From Bacillota bacterium (lineage in GTDB: Bacteria > Bacillota > UBA4882 > UBA10575): DNA of 32,000 nucleotides. Below the pieces are notes generated by a model, which worked only from the letters and a program-made list of their open reading frames with translations, ran no database searches and was not told where the DNA came from. Shown here piece after piece: positions 25,016-32,000 of the stretch; the stretch's first letter is position 1; the number at the start of each line of letters is the position of its first letter. Location of the stretch: assembly GCA_036744795.1 (NCBI GenBank), contig DAIOHK010000004.1, positions 9,575-41,574 on the forward strand. The letters run 5' to 3'. Both the position numbers and the translations under genes were made by a program.

Positions 25016-26336
25016 ATCATGTGTAACGAGCCGAGTTGCTTTTCATACCTTGGGCTGTAAAGTGAATCAATTTGATACAAGTGGTTTGATTACTAAATTC
25101 CGTGAACAGGGGTATGAGATTGTTGATTTTAAAGAACCGGCGGATATATATATTATTAATACTTGTACAGTAACAAAAACAGCTGAGCAAAAAGCTAGAC
25201 AGTTAATAAGAAAGGTTAAACGGGAACAGCCTGGGGCTTGGGTAGTAGTTACCGGGTGCTATGCTCAGACTAAAGCAAAAGCTCTAGCTAAAATGCCAGA
25301 AATTGATTTATTGGTAGGGGTAGCCGGGAGAAGCAACCTTGTTGATTTGGTAGAAGAGCAGTCTTTATGGAAAAAGAATAAGGTGATTCCTTGGGGGAGT
25401 TGTAATCAATTTGAAATCTTTACTCCAGAATATACCGGGAAGACCCGTGCTTTTCTAAAAATTGAAGATGGCTGCGAATCCTATTGTAGTTATTGTAAGA
25501 TCCCTTTTGCCCGTGGCCCAATCCGTAGTCTCCCGCCGGAACAGGTGAAAGCTGAAATCAGGCGGATGCTGGAGCTCGGATATAAAGAGATTGTATTGGT
25601 TGGTATTCATCTTGGGGAATACGGGAAAGATCTTGATACTGACCTGGCCACTTTACTTACCGAAATTGAGAGTGAATGGAGAGGTGAAAAACAGGGAGAA
25701 TGGCGGTTACGACTGGGTTCCATTGAGCCAAGAGATTTTACTCCTTTATTGATGCAAGTATTACACTCCTCTCGGCTAATATGTAATCATTTGCATATTC
25801 CTTTACAGAGTGGGAGCGGGACGGTACTTTCCCGGATGAATAGAAGATATTCCCCTGATGATTATGCCGGCTTAATTTCCATGCTCCGCAAAGGTATCCC
25901 GCGACTTGCTCTTACTACTGATGTTATGGTAGGGTTTCCTGGAGAAACCGAGGAGGAATTTACTGAGACCTTAAATTTTATTAAAGCAATCGGATTTTCC
26001 AGGATTCATATTTTCCCCTATTCAATACGAGAAGGAACCAAAGCGGCAAGAATGGATGGACAACTTTCCAGGAAGACTAAAGAGGAAAGGGTCAGACAAA
26101 CTGAGGTAATCGCCGAAGAGCTAGCTAAAGAATACCGTTTAAAATTTTCTGGTGAGATAGTCGAAGTTTTGCTTGAAGAAACAAATCTTCGGGGGTATTG
26201 GGATGGACTTTCTCGAGAATACCTAAGGATTCAGGTAAAGGGGGATTGGCATGCAAATACTATATTGCAAGTACTTGTTACCACCCCGGAAACAGAGCCT
26301 CTTGTTGGTAAAGTGGTAAAAACAGGAGATATTTAA
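24864..26336 (+). CDS. mtaB: tRNA (t6A37) methylthiotransferase MtaB (MiaB-like radical SAM) with a ~55-aa polar N-terminal extension
   Basis: VAFHTLGCKVNQFDT and YIINTCTVT (UPF0004 domain). Radical-SAM CESYCSYCKIP. TRAM-like C-terminus. ATG 24864 (GGAAGAG about 6 nt upstream) is the only RBS-supported in-frame start; there is no ATG/GTG/TTG next to the conserved VAFHTLGC. Confidence 0.85.
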   Translation: MVIENREELSKDPATTIVTSDEQRTSNGNHRPERPAKNQQWQSSTQATSNGSCVTSRVAFHTLGCKVNQFDTSGLITKFREQGYEIVDFKEPADIYIINTCTVTKTAEQKARQLIRKVKREQPGAWVVVTGCYAQTKAKALAKMPEIDLLVGVAGRSNLVDLVEEQSLWKKNKVIPWGSCNQFEIFTPEYTGKTRAFLKIEDGCESYCSYCKIPFARGPIRSLPPEQVKAEIRRMLELGYKEIVLVGIHLGEYGKDLDTDLATLLTEIESEWRGEKQGEWRLRLGSIEPRDFTPLLMQVLHSSRLICNHLHIPLQSGSGTVLSRMNRRYSPDDYAGLISMLRKGIPRLALTTDVMVGFPGETEEEFTETLNFIKAIGFSRIHIFPYSIREGTKAARMDGQLSRKTKEERVRQTEVIAEELAKEYRLKFSGEIVEVLLEETNLRGYWDGLSREYLRIQVKGDWHANTILQVLVTTPETEPLVGKVVKTGDI

Positions 26337-26416
26337 TAAAATGCATATTAATATATGAAGAAGGGTTTTTCTTAGTCATGTCGAAATTATGGATGTAGGG
26401 GAAAGGAGGTTTTGTA

Positions 26417-26764
26417 GTGAATGACTGCGTTTTTTGCCGGATAGCTAAAAAACAAATTCCGGCAGAGATTCTTCTGGAAAATGAGAAACTCATTGTTTTT
26501 CAGGACAAAAACCCCGTTGCCCCTGTTCATGTTCTACTGATCCCAAAGCAACATGTTAGTAGTATTGTTGATCCTTTGTTAACAGAGGATAAGCAATTAG
26601 CAGCAGAGATTTTTGCTGCTATTCAAGAGATCACGGAAAAAACCGGGGTAAACGAAAATGGCTTCAGGGTAGTAGTTAATCGTGGAACCCATGGCGGAGA
26701 ATCTGTACCCCATTTACATTTTCATATTATAGGCGGCAGAGAACTTTCCTGGCCTCCGGGATAA
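26417..26764 (+). CDS. HIT-family (histidine triad) nucleotide hydrolase
   Basis: GTG start 7 nt after AAGGAGG. N-terminus CVFCRI. Histidine triad HLHFHIIGG. Confidence 0.85.
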   Translation: MNDCVFCRIAKKQIPAEILLENEKLIVFQDKNPVAPVHVLLIPKQHVSSIVDPLLTEDKQLAAEIFAAIQEITEKTGVNENGFRVVVNRGTHGGESVPHLHFHIIGGRELSWPPG

Positions 26765-26793
26765 TTGACTGGACTTGAGGATTATAGTATAAT
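26765..26793 (+). promoter_or_regulatory. Sigma-A promoter of rpsU
   Basis: TTGACT (26765-26770), 17-nt spacer, TATAAT (26788-26793). Confidence 0.6.
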
Positions 26794-26797
26794 AAAC

Positions 26798-26812
26798 TAT
26801 TATTATTATTAT
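26798..26812 (+). repeat. (TAT)5 trinucleotide microsatellite at the start of the rpsU leader
   Basis: tat tat tat tat tat, read directly at 26798-26812, immediately downstream of the predicted -10 box. Confidence 0.9.
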
Positions 26813-26878
26813 TTTGTTTCTCTAAGAGAGTTATGTGCCTAAGGTTTTAAGTGGGCAGCGGAGGGGGGGAAGTAGATC

Positions 26879-27058
26879 ATGGCCGAAGTCAAGATCGGGA
26901 AGAACGAATCCCTAGATAGTGCCCTGCGCAGGTTTAAGCGACAGTGTCAGCGCTCGGGGATCCCGGCGGAGATAAGAAAAAGAGAGCATTATGATAAGCC
27001 AAGTGTACGTAGGAAGAAAAAGTCCGAAGCCGCCCGGAAGAAGAAAAAGAGATTTTAA
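26879..27058 (+). CDS. rpsU: 30S ribosomal protein S21
   Basis: Hand translation; 59 aa, below the cutoff of the supplied track: [59 protein letters not shown]. This is a canonical S21 sequence, preceded by a G-rich SD. Confidence 0.9.
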   Translation: MAEVKIGKNESLDSALRRFKRQCQRSGIPAEIRKREHYDKPSVRRKKKSEAARKKKKRF

Positions 27059-27069
27059 AGCTGTCTCTT

Positions 27070-27104
27070 AAGGTCCACCCGCAAAGGGTAGGGCCTTTTT
27101 ATTT
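27070..27104 (+). terminator. Rho-independent terminator of rpsU
   Basis: AAGGTCCACCC pairs with GGGT(a)GGGCCTT (11 bp, one bulge) across loop gcaaa, followed by TTTTTATTT. Confidence 0.7.
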
Positions 27105-27396
27105 ATTACCTTTCAATTATTAAAAAAAAATTAACGTATATTCTGAAACCATTAGTCTGTTTATATAGTTTATATAGATAAAGGAATAGATCATTCTATA
27201 GGATGGCAAATTTTATATTTTGATATTCCACAAAATATTGATAGCCCCACTAGAATTGTCCGATTGAGAGGGTTCTTTGGATGTTAGACAATTCCCTTGA
27301 ATAAAGGCTAAAATGCTATATATTATGTTCAAATGACTCCATAGTTGATTATGCAATTTCCTCAAATAAATGAATAATAAGGAAAGAGGGATCAGA

Positions 27397-28752
27397 ATGA
27401 AGTCAAAGAGGTTTAAAAGAATAAGCCCATTCACTATTGTTTTACTGGTAATTGCAATAATTGTAACCTTATTTTCCTACAGAAAGGCTGGTAATGCTGG
27501 AACTGATTTGCTATATGTAATACCTTTGAAAGGAAATATTTCCGGTGGTACAGCAGATTTTATTATCAGAGCTCTGAATGAAGCAGAAGATCGGGAAGCT
27601 GATGCAGTTTTATTGGAACTGAAAACGTTTGGTGGTTATGCCGACTCAATGGCTGAAATTGGAGATGCTATTAGTACATCGAAAATTCCTGTTCATGTTT
27701 TTATTGAAGGTAGAGCCATCTCGGCTGGAGCGTATATTGCTCTTTGTGCCAATCAGATCGGAATGTCACCGGAAGCGGTAATAGGTGCATCACAGCCTTT
27801 GGTTCCGGATGGTACTCCTGCCCCGGAAAAAACTAAAGCTGCATTCCGAAAGATGTTTAAAGCGGCAGCTGAAGCACGGGCTAGGAGAAGAGGAATCGAG
27901 CTTAATACTTTACTGGCTGAAGCAATGGTTGATCCGGATGTAGAAGTAGAAGGAGTGGTTGCAAAAGGGGAATTGTTGGCATTTACTGCGAAAGAAGCTT
28001 TAGAGCATAAATATGCGGATTTTATTGCCGACAATCGAAATGAAGCCATCATCAAATTAGGTTTAAGCGATTTGAATACTGTTGTTGTTCAACAAACGCC
28101 TGTGGAAAGTCTGGTACGGTTTTTAACAGATCCCGTAATCAGTCCAATATTACTGATTGTAGGATTTACAGCGCTTATTATTGAGGTATTTACTGCGGGA
28201 TTTGGCTTGGCAGGAATAGTTGGTGTTTCCTCGCTGGTTCTCTTTTTCGGGGCAAGAATTCTCTCAGGATTAGCTGGGTTTGAGGTTATTGTCTTGTTTT
28301 TCCTCGGCCTTATCTTGTTGATCCTAGAGGCTTTTGTGATTCCAGGTTTTGGTTTTGCCGGCATTTTAGGTTTGATATCAATGGGCGGTAGTATAATTCT
28401 TTCCTATGCTTCGAGCGGCCAGGGACTGGCTTCGCTTGGAATCTCTTTGGCCTGGTCCTTGTTTCTTGTTTCCTTGGCTTTCCAATATTTAAGACGTAGC
28501 CAATTTTTAAACCGGATCATACTAAAAACAACAGCCGAAAGTGAGCAAGGTTATTCTGCTGTTCCTGTATATCAACAGTGTCTCGGAAAAACCGGGATAG
28601 TAGTACATCCGTTACGGCCTGCAGGAGTTATGGAATTAGAGAATGGACAGCGTTTAGATGTGGTTTCTGAGGGAGCCTTTATCCCCATTGGACAGCGGGT
28701 TAAAGTTATAGAGGTTGAGGGCAGGAGAATATTGGTTCGGGTCGAAGGTTAA
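27397..28752 (+). CDS. nfeD: NfeD-family membrane-bound serine protease (ClpP-class domain, TM block, C-terminal NfeD OB domain)
   Basis: ATG at 27397 lies 6 nt after GAGGG. ClpP-like TFGGYADSMAEIGDAI...GRAISAGAYIALC. Four to five TM spans. C-terminal beta domain GKTGIVVHPLRPAGVMELENGQRLDVVSEG. Sits directly upstream of floA, as B. subtilis yqeZ does. Confidence 0.8.
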   Translation: MKSKRFKRISPFTIVLLVIAIIVTLFSYRKAGNAGTDLLYVIPLKGNISGGTADFIIRALNEAEDREADAVLLELKTFGGYADSMAEIGDAISTSKIPVHVFIEGRAISAGAYIALCANQIGMSPEAVIGASQPLVPDGTPAPEKTKAAFRKMFKAAAEARARRRGIELNTLLAEAMVDPDVEVEGVVAKGELLAFTAKEALEHKYADFIADNRNEAIIKLGLSDLNTVVVQQTPVESLVRFLTDPVISPILLIVGFTALIIEVFTAGFGLAGIVGVSSLVLFFGARILSGLAGFEVIVLFFLGLILLILEAFVIPGFGFAGILGLISMGGSIILSYASSGQGLASLGISLAWSLFLVSLAFQYLRRSQFLNRIILKTTAESEQGYSAVPVYQQCLGKTGIVVHPLRPAGVMELENGQRLDVVSEGAFIPIGQRVKVIEVEGRRILVRVEG

Positions 28753-28788
28753 AATTAATGAAGTAAAATAGAAAAAGAGGTGTTGTTA

Positions 28789-29781
28789 ATGGAAACCATT
28801 TCTTTATTATTTATTGCACTGGCTGTAATTTTTGTTTTATTATTCTTTAATTTTGTGCCAGTTGGATTATGGATCTCTGCTTTGGCGGCAGGCGTTAATA
28901 TTAAAATTTGGACACTATTTGCGATGAGACTGCGGAGAGTCCCACCATCCCGGATTGTTTTGCCAATGATTAAGGCAGTAAAGGGTGGGATTGATGTTAC
29001 TGTCGATAAAATGGAAGCCCATTTTTTAGCAGGTGGTAATGTAGATCGGGTTGTTGATGCTTTGATTGCTGCTCAACGTGCAGAAATTAAATTGACTTTT
29101 GAACGGGCAGCTGCAATTGATTTAGCCGGAAGAAACGTCTTGGAAGCGGTTCAGATGAGTGTTAATCCCAGAGTAATTGAGACTCCGGAGATTGCAGCTG
29201 TGGCTAAGGATGGAATTGAACTTAAAGCTAAGGCTCGGGTTACCGTTCGGGCCAATATCGACCGGTTAGTAGGTGGGGCCGGGGAAGCAACAATCATTGC
29301 TAGGGTCGGAGAAGGGATTGTTACGACTGTTGGTTCTGCGGAAACCCATAAAGCGGTATTAGAAAATCCAGATCGGATCTCCCAGACTGTTCTGGAGAAA
29401 GGCCTGGATGCTGGAACCGCTTTTGAGATTCTATCCATTGATATTGCCGATGTTGATGTTGGAAGGAATATTGGAGCTAAACTACAGATTGATCAGGCTG
29501 AAGCTGATAAGAATATTGCCCAGGCCAAAGCGGCTGAACGAAGATTTGCTGCTTTAGCTAGAGAACAAGAGATGAAGGCTCAGGTTCAGGAGATGCATGC
29601 TCGCGTGGTAGAGGCCGAGGCAGATGTACCACGAGCCTTTGCCGAAGCACTTCGTGACGGAAGAATAGGTGTAATGGACTACTATCAGCTGCAGAATATT
29701 CAGGCAGATACTTCAATGCGGGAATCGATTGGAAAAGGGACGAGACCTTCTTCTGAAGGGACAGAAAATATGAAAAAATAG
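28789..29781 (+). CDS. floA: Flotillin-like protein FloA (SPFH domain, UPF0365/YqfA family)
   Basis: Near-colinear with remembered B. subtilis YqfA: [88 protein letters not shown] at 28789 lies 6 nt after GAGGTG. Confidence 0.9.
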   Translation: METISLLFIALAVIFVLLFFNFVPVGLWISALAAGVNIKIWTLFAMRLRRVPPSRIVLPMIKAVKGGIDVTVDKMEAHFLAGGNVDRVVDALIAAQRAEIKLTFERAAAIDLAGRNVLEAVQMSVNPRVIETPEIAAVAKDGIELKAKARVTVRANIDRLVGGAGEATIIARVGEGIVTTVGSAETHKAVLENPDRISQTVLEKGLDAGTAFEILSIDIADVDVGRNIGAKLQIDQAEADKNIAQAKAAERRFAALAREQEMKAQVQEMHARVVEAEADVPRAFAEALRDGRIGVMDYYQLQNIQADTSMRESIGKGTRPSSEGTENMKK

Positions 29782-29803
29782 AATGGGGTGAGGTGCTGAG
29801 GCG

Positions 29804-30322
29804 ATGGGTTGGATTTGGATACTATTTATCCTTATTTCCGTGATTTCTAATATTTTTGAGAAAGTGGCAAAAACCCAACAAACTCAAAGGATACCCCGTC
29901 CGGGTAGAACAGGGGAGGGGGAGAAAGGGAGCAAGAACCCATCAGCTCCCAGACCAGTAGCTTTTCCCCCGTTTTTCCTTGAAGAAGAGGAAGATTATAA
30001 TAAAGGTATCATACCTGAGGTAACAAAGTCGATTGAACCCGAGATCAGTCGAGTAGAAGAGAAAACTACGAGTCCGGGGCCCCTTGATACAAAGGGAAAA
30101 GGGAAGATCCCATTTGAGGAAGAGTTTTCTGAGGAAACCTTTGATGATGATATTTTATCCATGGAATCAATGGACGAAGATTTTGGTCAGGAGAAAGACT
30201 TTGTTGAAAAAGATGAGAGCGGAGAGAAAATAGAAACTAAAGATTTCTATTCTGCCTTTCTACTGGCACAGATAATTGCCAGGCCGGATTTTAAAACTAT
30301 TCCCTGGAAACGTCGACTTTAA
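29804..30322 (+). CDS. Hypothetical small membrane protein with an acidic C-terminal half (in the position of B. subtilis yqfB)
   Basis: ATG start after GAGGTG. One N-terminal TM span (GWIWILFILISVISNIF), then an E/D/K-rich low-complexity region. Followed by a strong terminator. Confidence 0.6.
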   Translation: MGWIWILFILISVISNIFEKVAKTQQTQRIPRPGRTGEGEKGSKNPSAPRPVAFPPFFLEEEEDYNKGIIPEVTKSIEPEISRVEEKTTSPGPLDTKGKGKIPFEEEFSEETFDDDILSMESMDEDFGQEKDFVEKDESGEKIETKDFYSAFLLAQIIARPDFKTIPWKRRL

Positions 30323-30354
30323 TAATAGATTAAATAAATGGTTTTTTGACTTTT

Positions 30355-30391
30355 AAGTTGGTTAAGCTTTTAAAGCTAACCAACTTTTTTA
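30355..30391 (+). terminator. Rho-independent terminator of the nfeD-floA operon
   Basis: AAGTTGGTTAAGCTT pairs with AAGCTAACCAACTT (one bulge), followed by TTTTTT. Confidence 0.75.
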
Positions 30392-30466
30392 TAAATTGGT
30401 TAGCTTTTAATCAAACAAATGTATACTTAATACTTATAGGCTGTAAGGCATTTTTCACAAAAAACA

Positions 30467-30475
30467 TGATATAAT
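30467..30475 (+). promoter_or_regulatory. Extended -10 promoter candidate (TGaTATAAT) for the HMGL-family gene
   Basis: TG at 30467-30468 and TATAAT at 30470-30475, about 27 nt upstream of the ATG. No good -35 box. Confidence 0.4.
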
Positions 30476-30501
30476 CTATAAAAGTTTCGGGGGTGAAGCA
30501 A

Positions 30502-31890
30502 ATGCTTGAATTTAATAAGCGGAGCAATACTTTAGAACAGTGGACATACAAATACAGTCTTCAGGATGTATCTGAGCCTAAATTATATAGACATTTATAT
30601 AATTATGAAGAAGCACCAAAAATTCCGTTTAATCATCGGCAGGTGCCAATGCGTCCACCTGCTCAGATTTGGATTACTGACTCCACCTTCCGCGATGGAC
30701 AGCAGGCCAGAGAGCCATATACTGTTGAGCAGATTGTTTATTTGTATAAACTTCTTCATAAACTAGGGGGGCCTAAGGGGATTATCCGCCAAACTGAATT
30801 CTTTCTTTATTCTAAGAAGGACCAGGAGGCGGTAGAACGTTGCTTAGAATTGGGGTACCAGTATCCGGAGATTACCAGTTGGATTCGGGCAGTAAAAGAA
30901 GATTTTCAGCTGGTAAAAGCTATGGGATTAAAGGAAACTGGTATTTTGGCAAGTTGCTCGGATTATCATATTTTTAAAAAACTAAAGATGACAAGAAAAC
31001 AAGCAATGGATCAGTTTCTTTCAATTATTAAAGCGGCACTGGAGATCGGTGTTATTCCCCGGGTCCATTTGGAGGATATTACCAGGGCTGATTTTTACGG
31101 TTTTGTTGTTCCATTTGCGATTGAGATTAATAGGCTTTCAGAGGAAAGCGGAATTCCGATCAAAATACGAGCTTGTGATACTTTGGGCTTTGGAGTGAGC
31201 TATCCTGGAGTAGCCCTGCCTAGAAGCGTACCTGGGATTATTTATGGTTTATGGCATCATGCTGGGATTCCCAGTGAAAGATTGGAATGGCATGGACATA
31301 ATGATTTTTATAAAGTAGTAGCTAATGCCGGGACTGCATGGCTATACGGATGTTCGGGAGTAAACTGTACCTTATTGGGGATCGGAGAACGAACCGGAAA
31401 TTGCCCATTAGAAGCGATGGTTTTCGAATATGCAGCTCTCCGCGGAACTATGGATGGGATGGAACCTACCGTGATTACAGAGATTGCCGATTACTTTGCT
31501 AATGAACTTAATTACAAGGTTCCGCCGATGACACCATTTGTAGGCCGAGATTTCAATTTTACCAGAGCCGGGATCCATGCTGATGGTCTTCTGAAAGATG
31601 AAGAGATCTATAATATCTTCAATACAGAAAAACTTTTGAACAGACCGGTGGTAGTTGCAGTAAATCAATATTCCGGGATTGCAGGTATAGCCTTTTGGCT
31701 TAATCAATATTTTAATCTAAAAGATGAAAAAAGTATTGATAAAAAAGATCCAAGACTGCAAAAAATCAAAGAATGGGTAGATCAGCAATATGCGGAGGGA
31801 CGTAATACGGTTATTGGTGATAGTGAGATTGAAGAAGCAATTAAACAGGAAACTCCGGATCTATGGAAAGAACTTTCGGAAAATAAATAA
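30502..31890 (+). CDS. HMGL-like (DRE-TIM metallolyase) family enzyme: isopropylmalate / homocitrate / Re-citrate synthase-like, without a LeuA regulatory domain
   Basis: ATG at 30502 lies 6 nt after GGGGGTG. ITDSTFRDGQQ motif at the start of the TIM barrel. HGHNDF metal-binding motif. GIGERTGN. 462 aa counted from the ATG at 30502 (465 aa from the GTG at 30493). Confidence 0.75.
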   Translation: MLEFNKRSNTLEQWTYKYSLQDVSEPKLYRHLYNYEEAPKIPFNHRQVPMRPPAQIWITDSTFRDGQQAREPYTVEQIVYLYKLLHKLGGPKGIIRQTEFFLYSKKDQEAVERCLELGYQYPEITSWIRAVKEDFQLVKAMGLKETGILASCSDYHIFKKLKMTRKQAMDQFLSIIKAALEIGVIPRVHLEDITRADFYGFVVPFAIEINRLSEESGIPIKIRACDTLGFGVSYPGVALPRSVPGIIYGLWHHAGIPSERLEWHGHNDFYKVVANAGTAWLYGCSGVNCTLLGIGERTGNCPLEAMVFEYAALRGTMDGMEPTVITEIADYFANELNYKVPPMTPFVGRDFNFTRAGIHADGLLKDEEIYNIFNTEKLLNRPVVVAVNQYSGIAGIAFWLNQYFNLKDEKSIDKKDPRLQKIKEWVDQQYAEGRNTVIGDSEIEEAIKQETPDLWKELSENK

Positions 31891-31911
31891 TTAAATCTGG
31901 CTAGAGATATT

Positions 31912-31942
31912 ATCCGGCTCCGGTACCTACCGGGGACCGGAT
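31912..31942. terminator. GC-rich hairpin without a U-tract, downstream of the HMGL-family gene
   Basis: A 13-bp stem with one bulge (ATCCGGCTCCGGT with ACCGGGGaCCGGAT) and loop accT. It may separate this gene from a convergent minus-strand gene whose last ~15 codons could end at a TGA at 31951-31953. Confidence 0.35.
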
Positions 31943-32000
31943 GAGTGTCTTCAACTTCCCCGGTAAGAATATTTTCCTGTACTACATCGAATCTCTCTTA

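Noticed and set aside
27213-27434. 73-aa minus-strand ORF in the rpsU-nfeD spacer, overlapping the nfeD start
   Set aside because: It has no RBS, overlaps the RBS-supported nfeD start, and has an AT-rich low-complexity sequence. I do not consider it coding.
31951-32000. Possible C-terminal end of a convergent minus-strand gene at the window edge (…REIRCSTGKYSYRGS*)
   Set aside because: Only about 15 codons are visible, which is too short to support a call. I note it only as context for the hairpin at 31912-31942.

Overview
AT-rich bacterial chromosomal window. Nearly all genes are on the + strand, with strong Shine-Dalgarno sites. I saw no rRNA, tRNA, CRISPR array, transposase or integrase. 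Content in order: (1) the tail of a sugar-type ABC importer (binding-protein C-terminus plus two MalF/MalG-type permeases); (2) a NUDIX hydrolase; (3) a ~0.6 kb stretch with no long ORF, holding a tiny hydrophobic-peptide gene on the minus strand and a candidate structured small RNA with its own terminator on the plus strand; (4) a TetR regulator and a radical-SAM enzyme that share three TGACA-N4-TGTCA palindromes; (5) tcdA, the only clear minus-strand gene; (6) a ~16.6 kb outer-membrane/LPS block: secreted SpoIVB-like S55 peptidase, tamB, bamA, two skp/ompH paralogs, a membrane-anchored coiled-coil protein, lpxD, one lptF/G-family permease, an lptD-like gene, lptC-like and lptA-like genes; (7) yhaM-like exoribonuclease, mtaB, a HIT protein, rpsU, nfeD, floA and a yqfB-position gene, which matches my memory of the Bacillus subtilis yqeV...rpsU...yqeZ-yqfA-yqfB neighbourhood; (8) a stand-alone HMGL-family (isopropylmalate/homocitrate/Re-citrate synthase-like) gene. 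An LPS/outer-membrane cluster sitting inside Firmicute-type synteny points to a diderm Firmicute (Halanaerobiales/Negativicutes-like). This is inference only. Most worth a second look: the S55 peptidase (catalytic motifs apparently in permuted order) at the head of the tamB-bamA cluster, the uncharacterised coiled-coil gene coupled to skp and lpxD, the orphan structured RNA, and the TetR/radical-SAM module. All calls come from reading the sequence and remembered family signatures. No searches were run.
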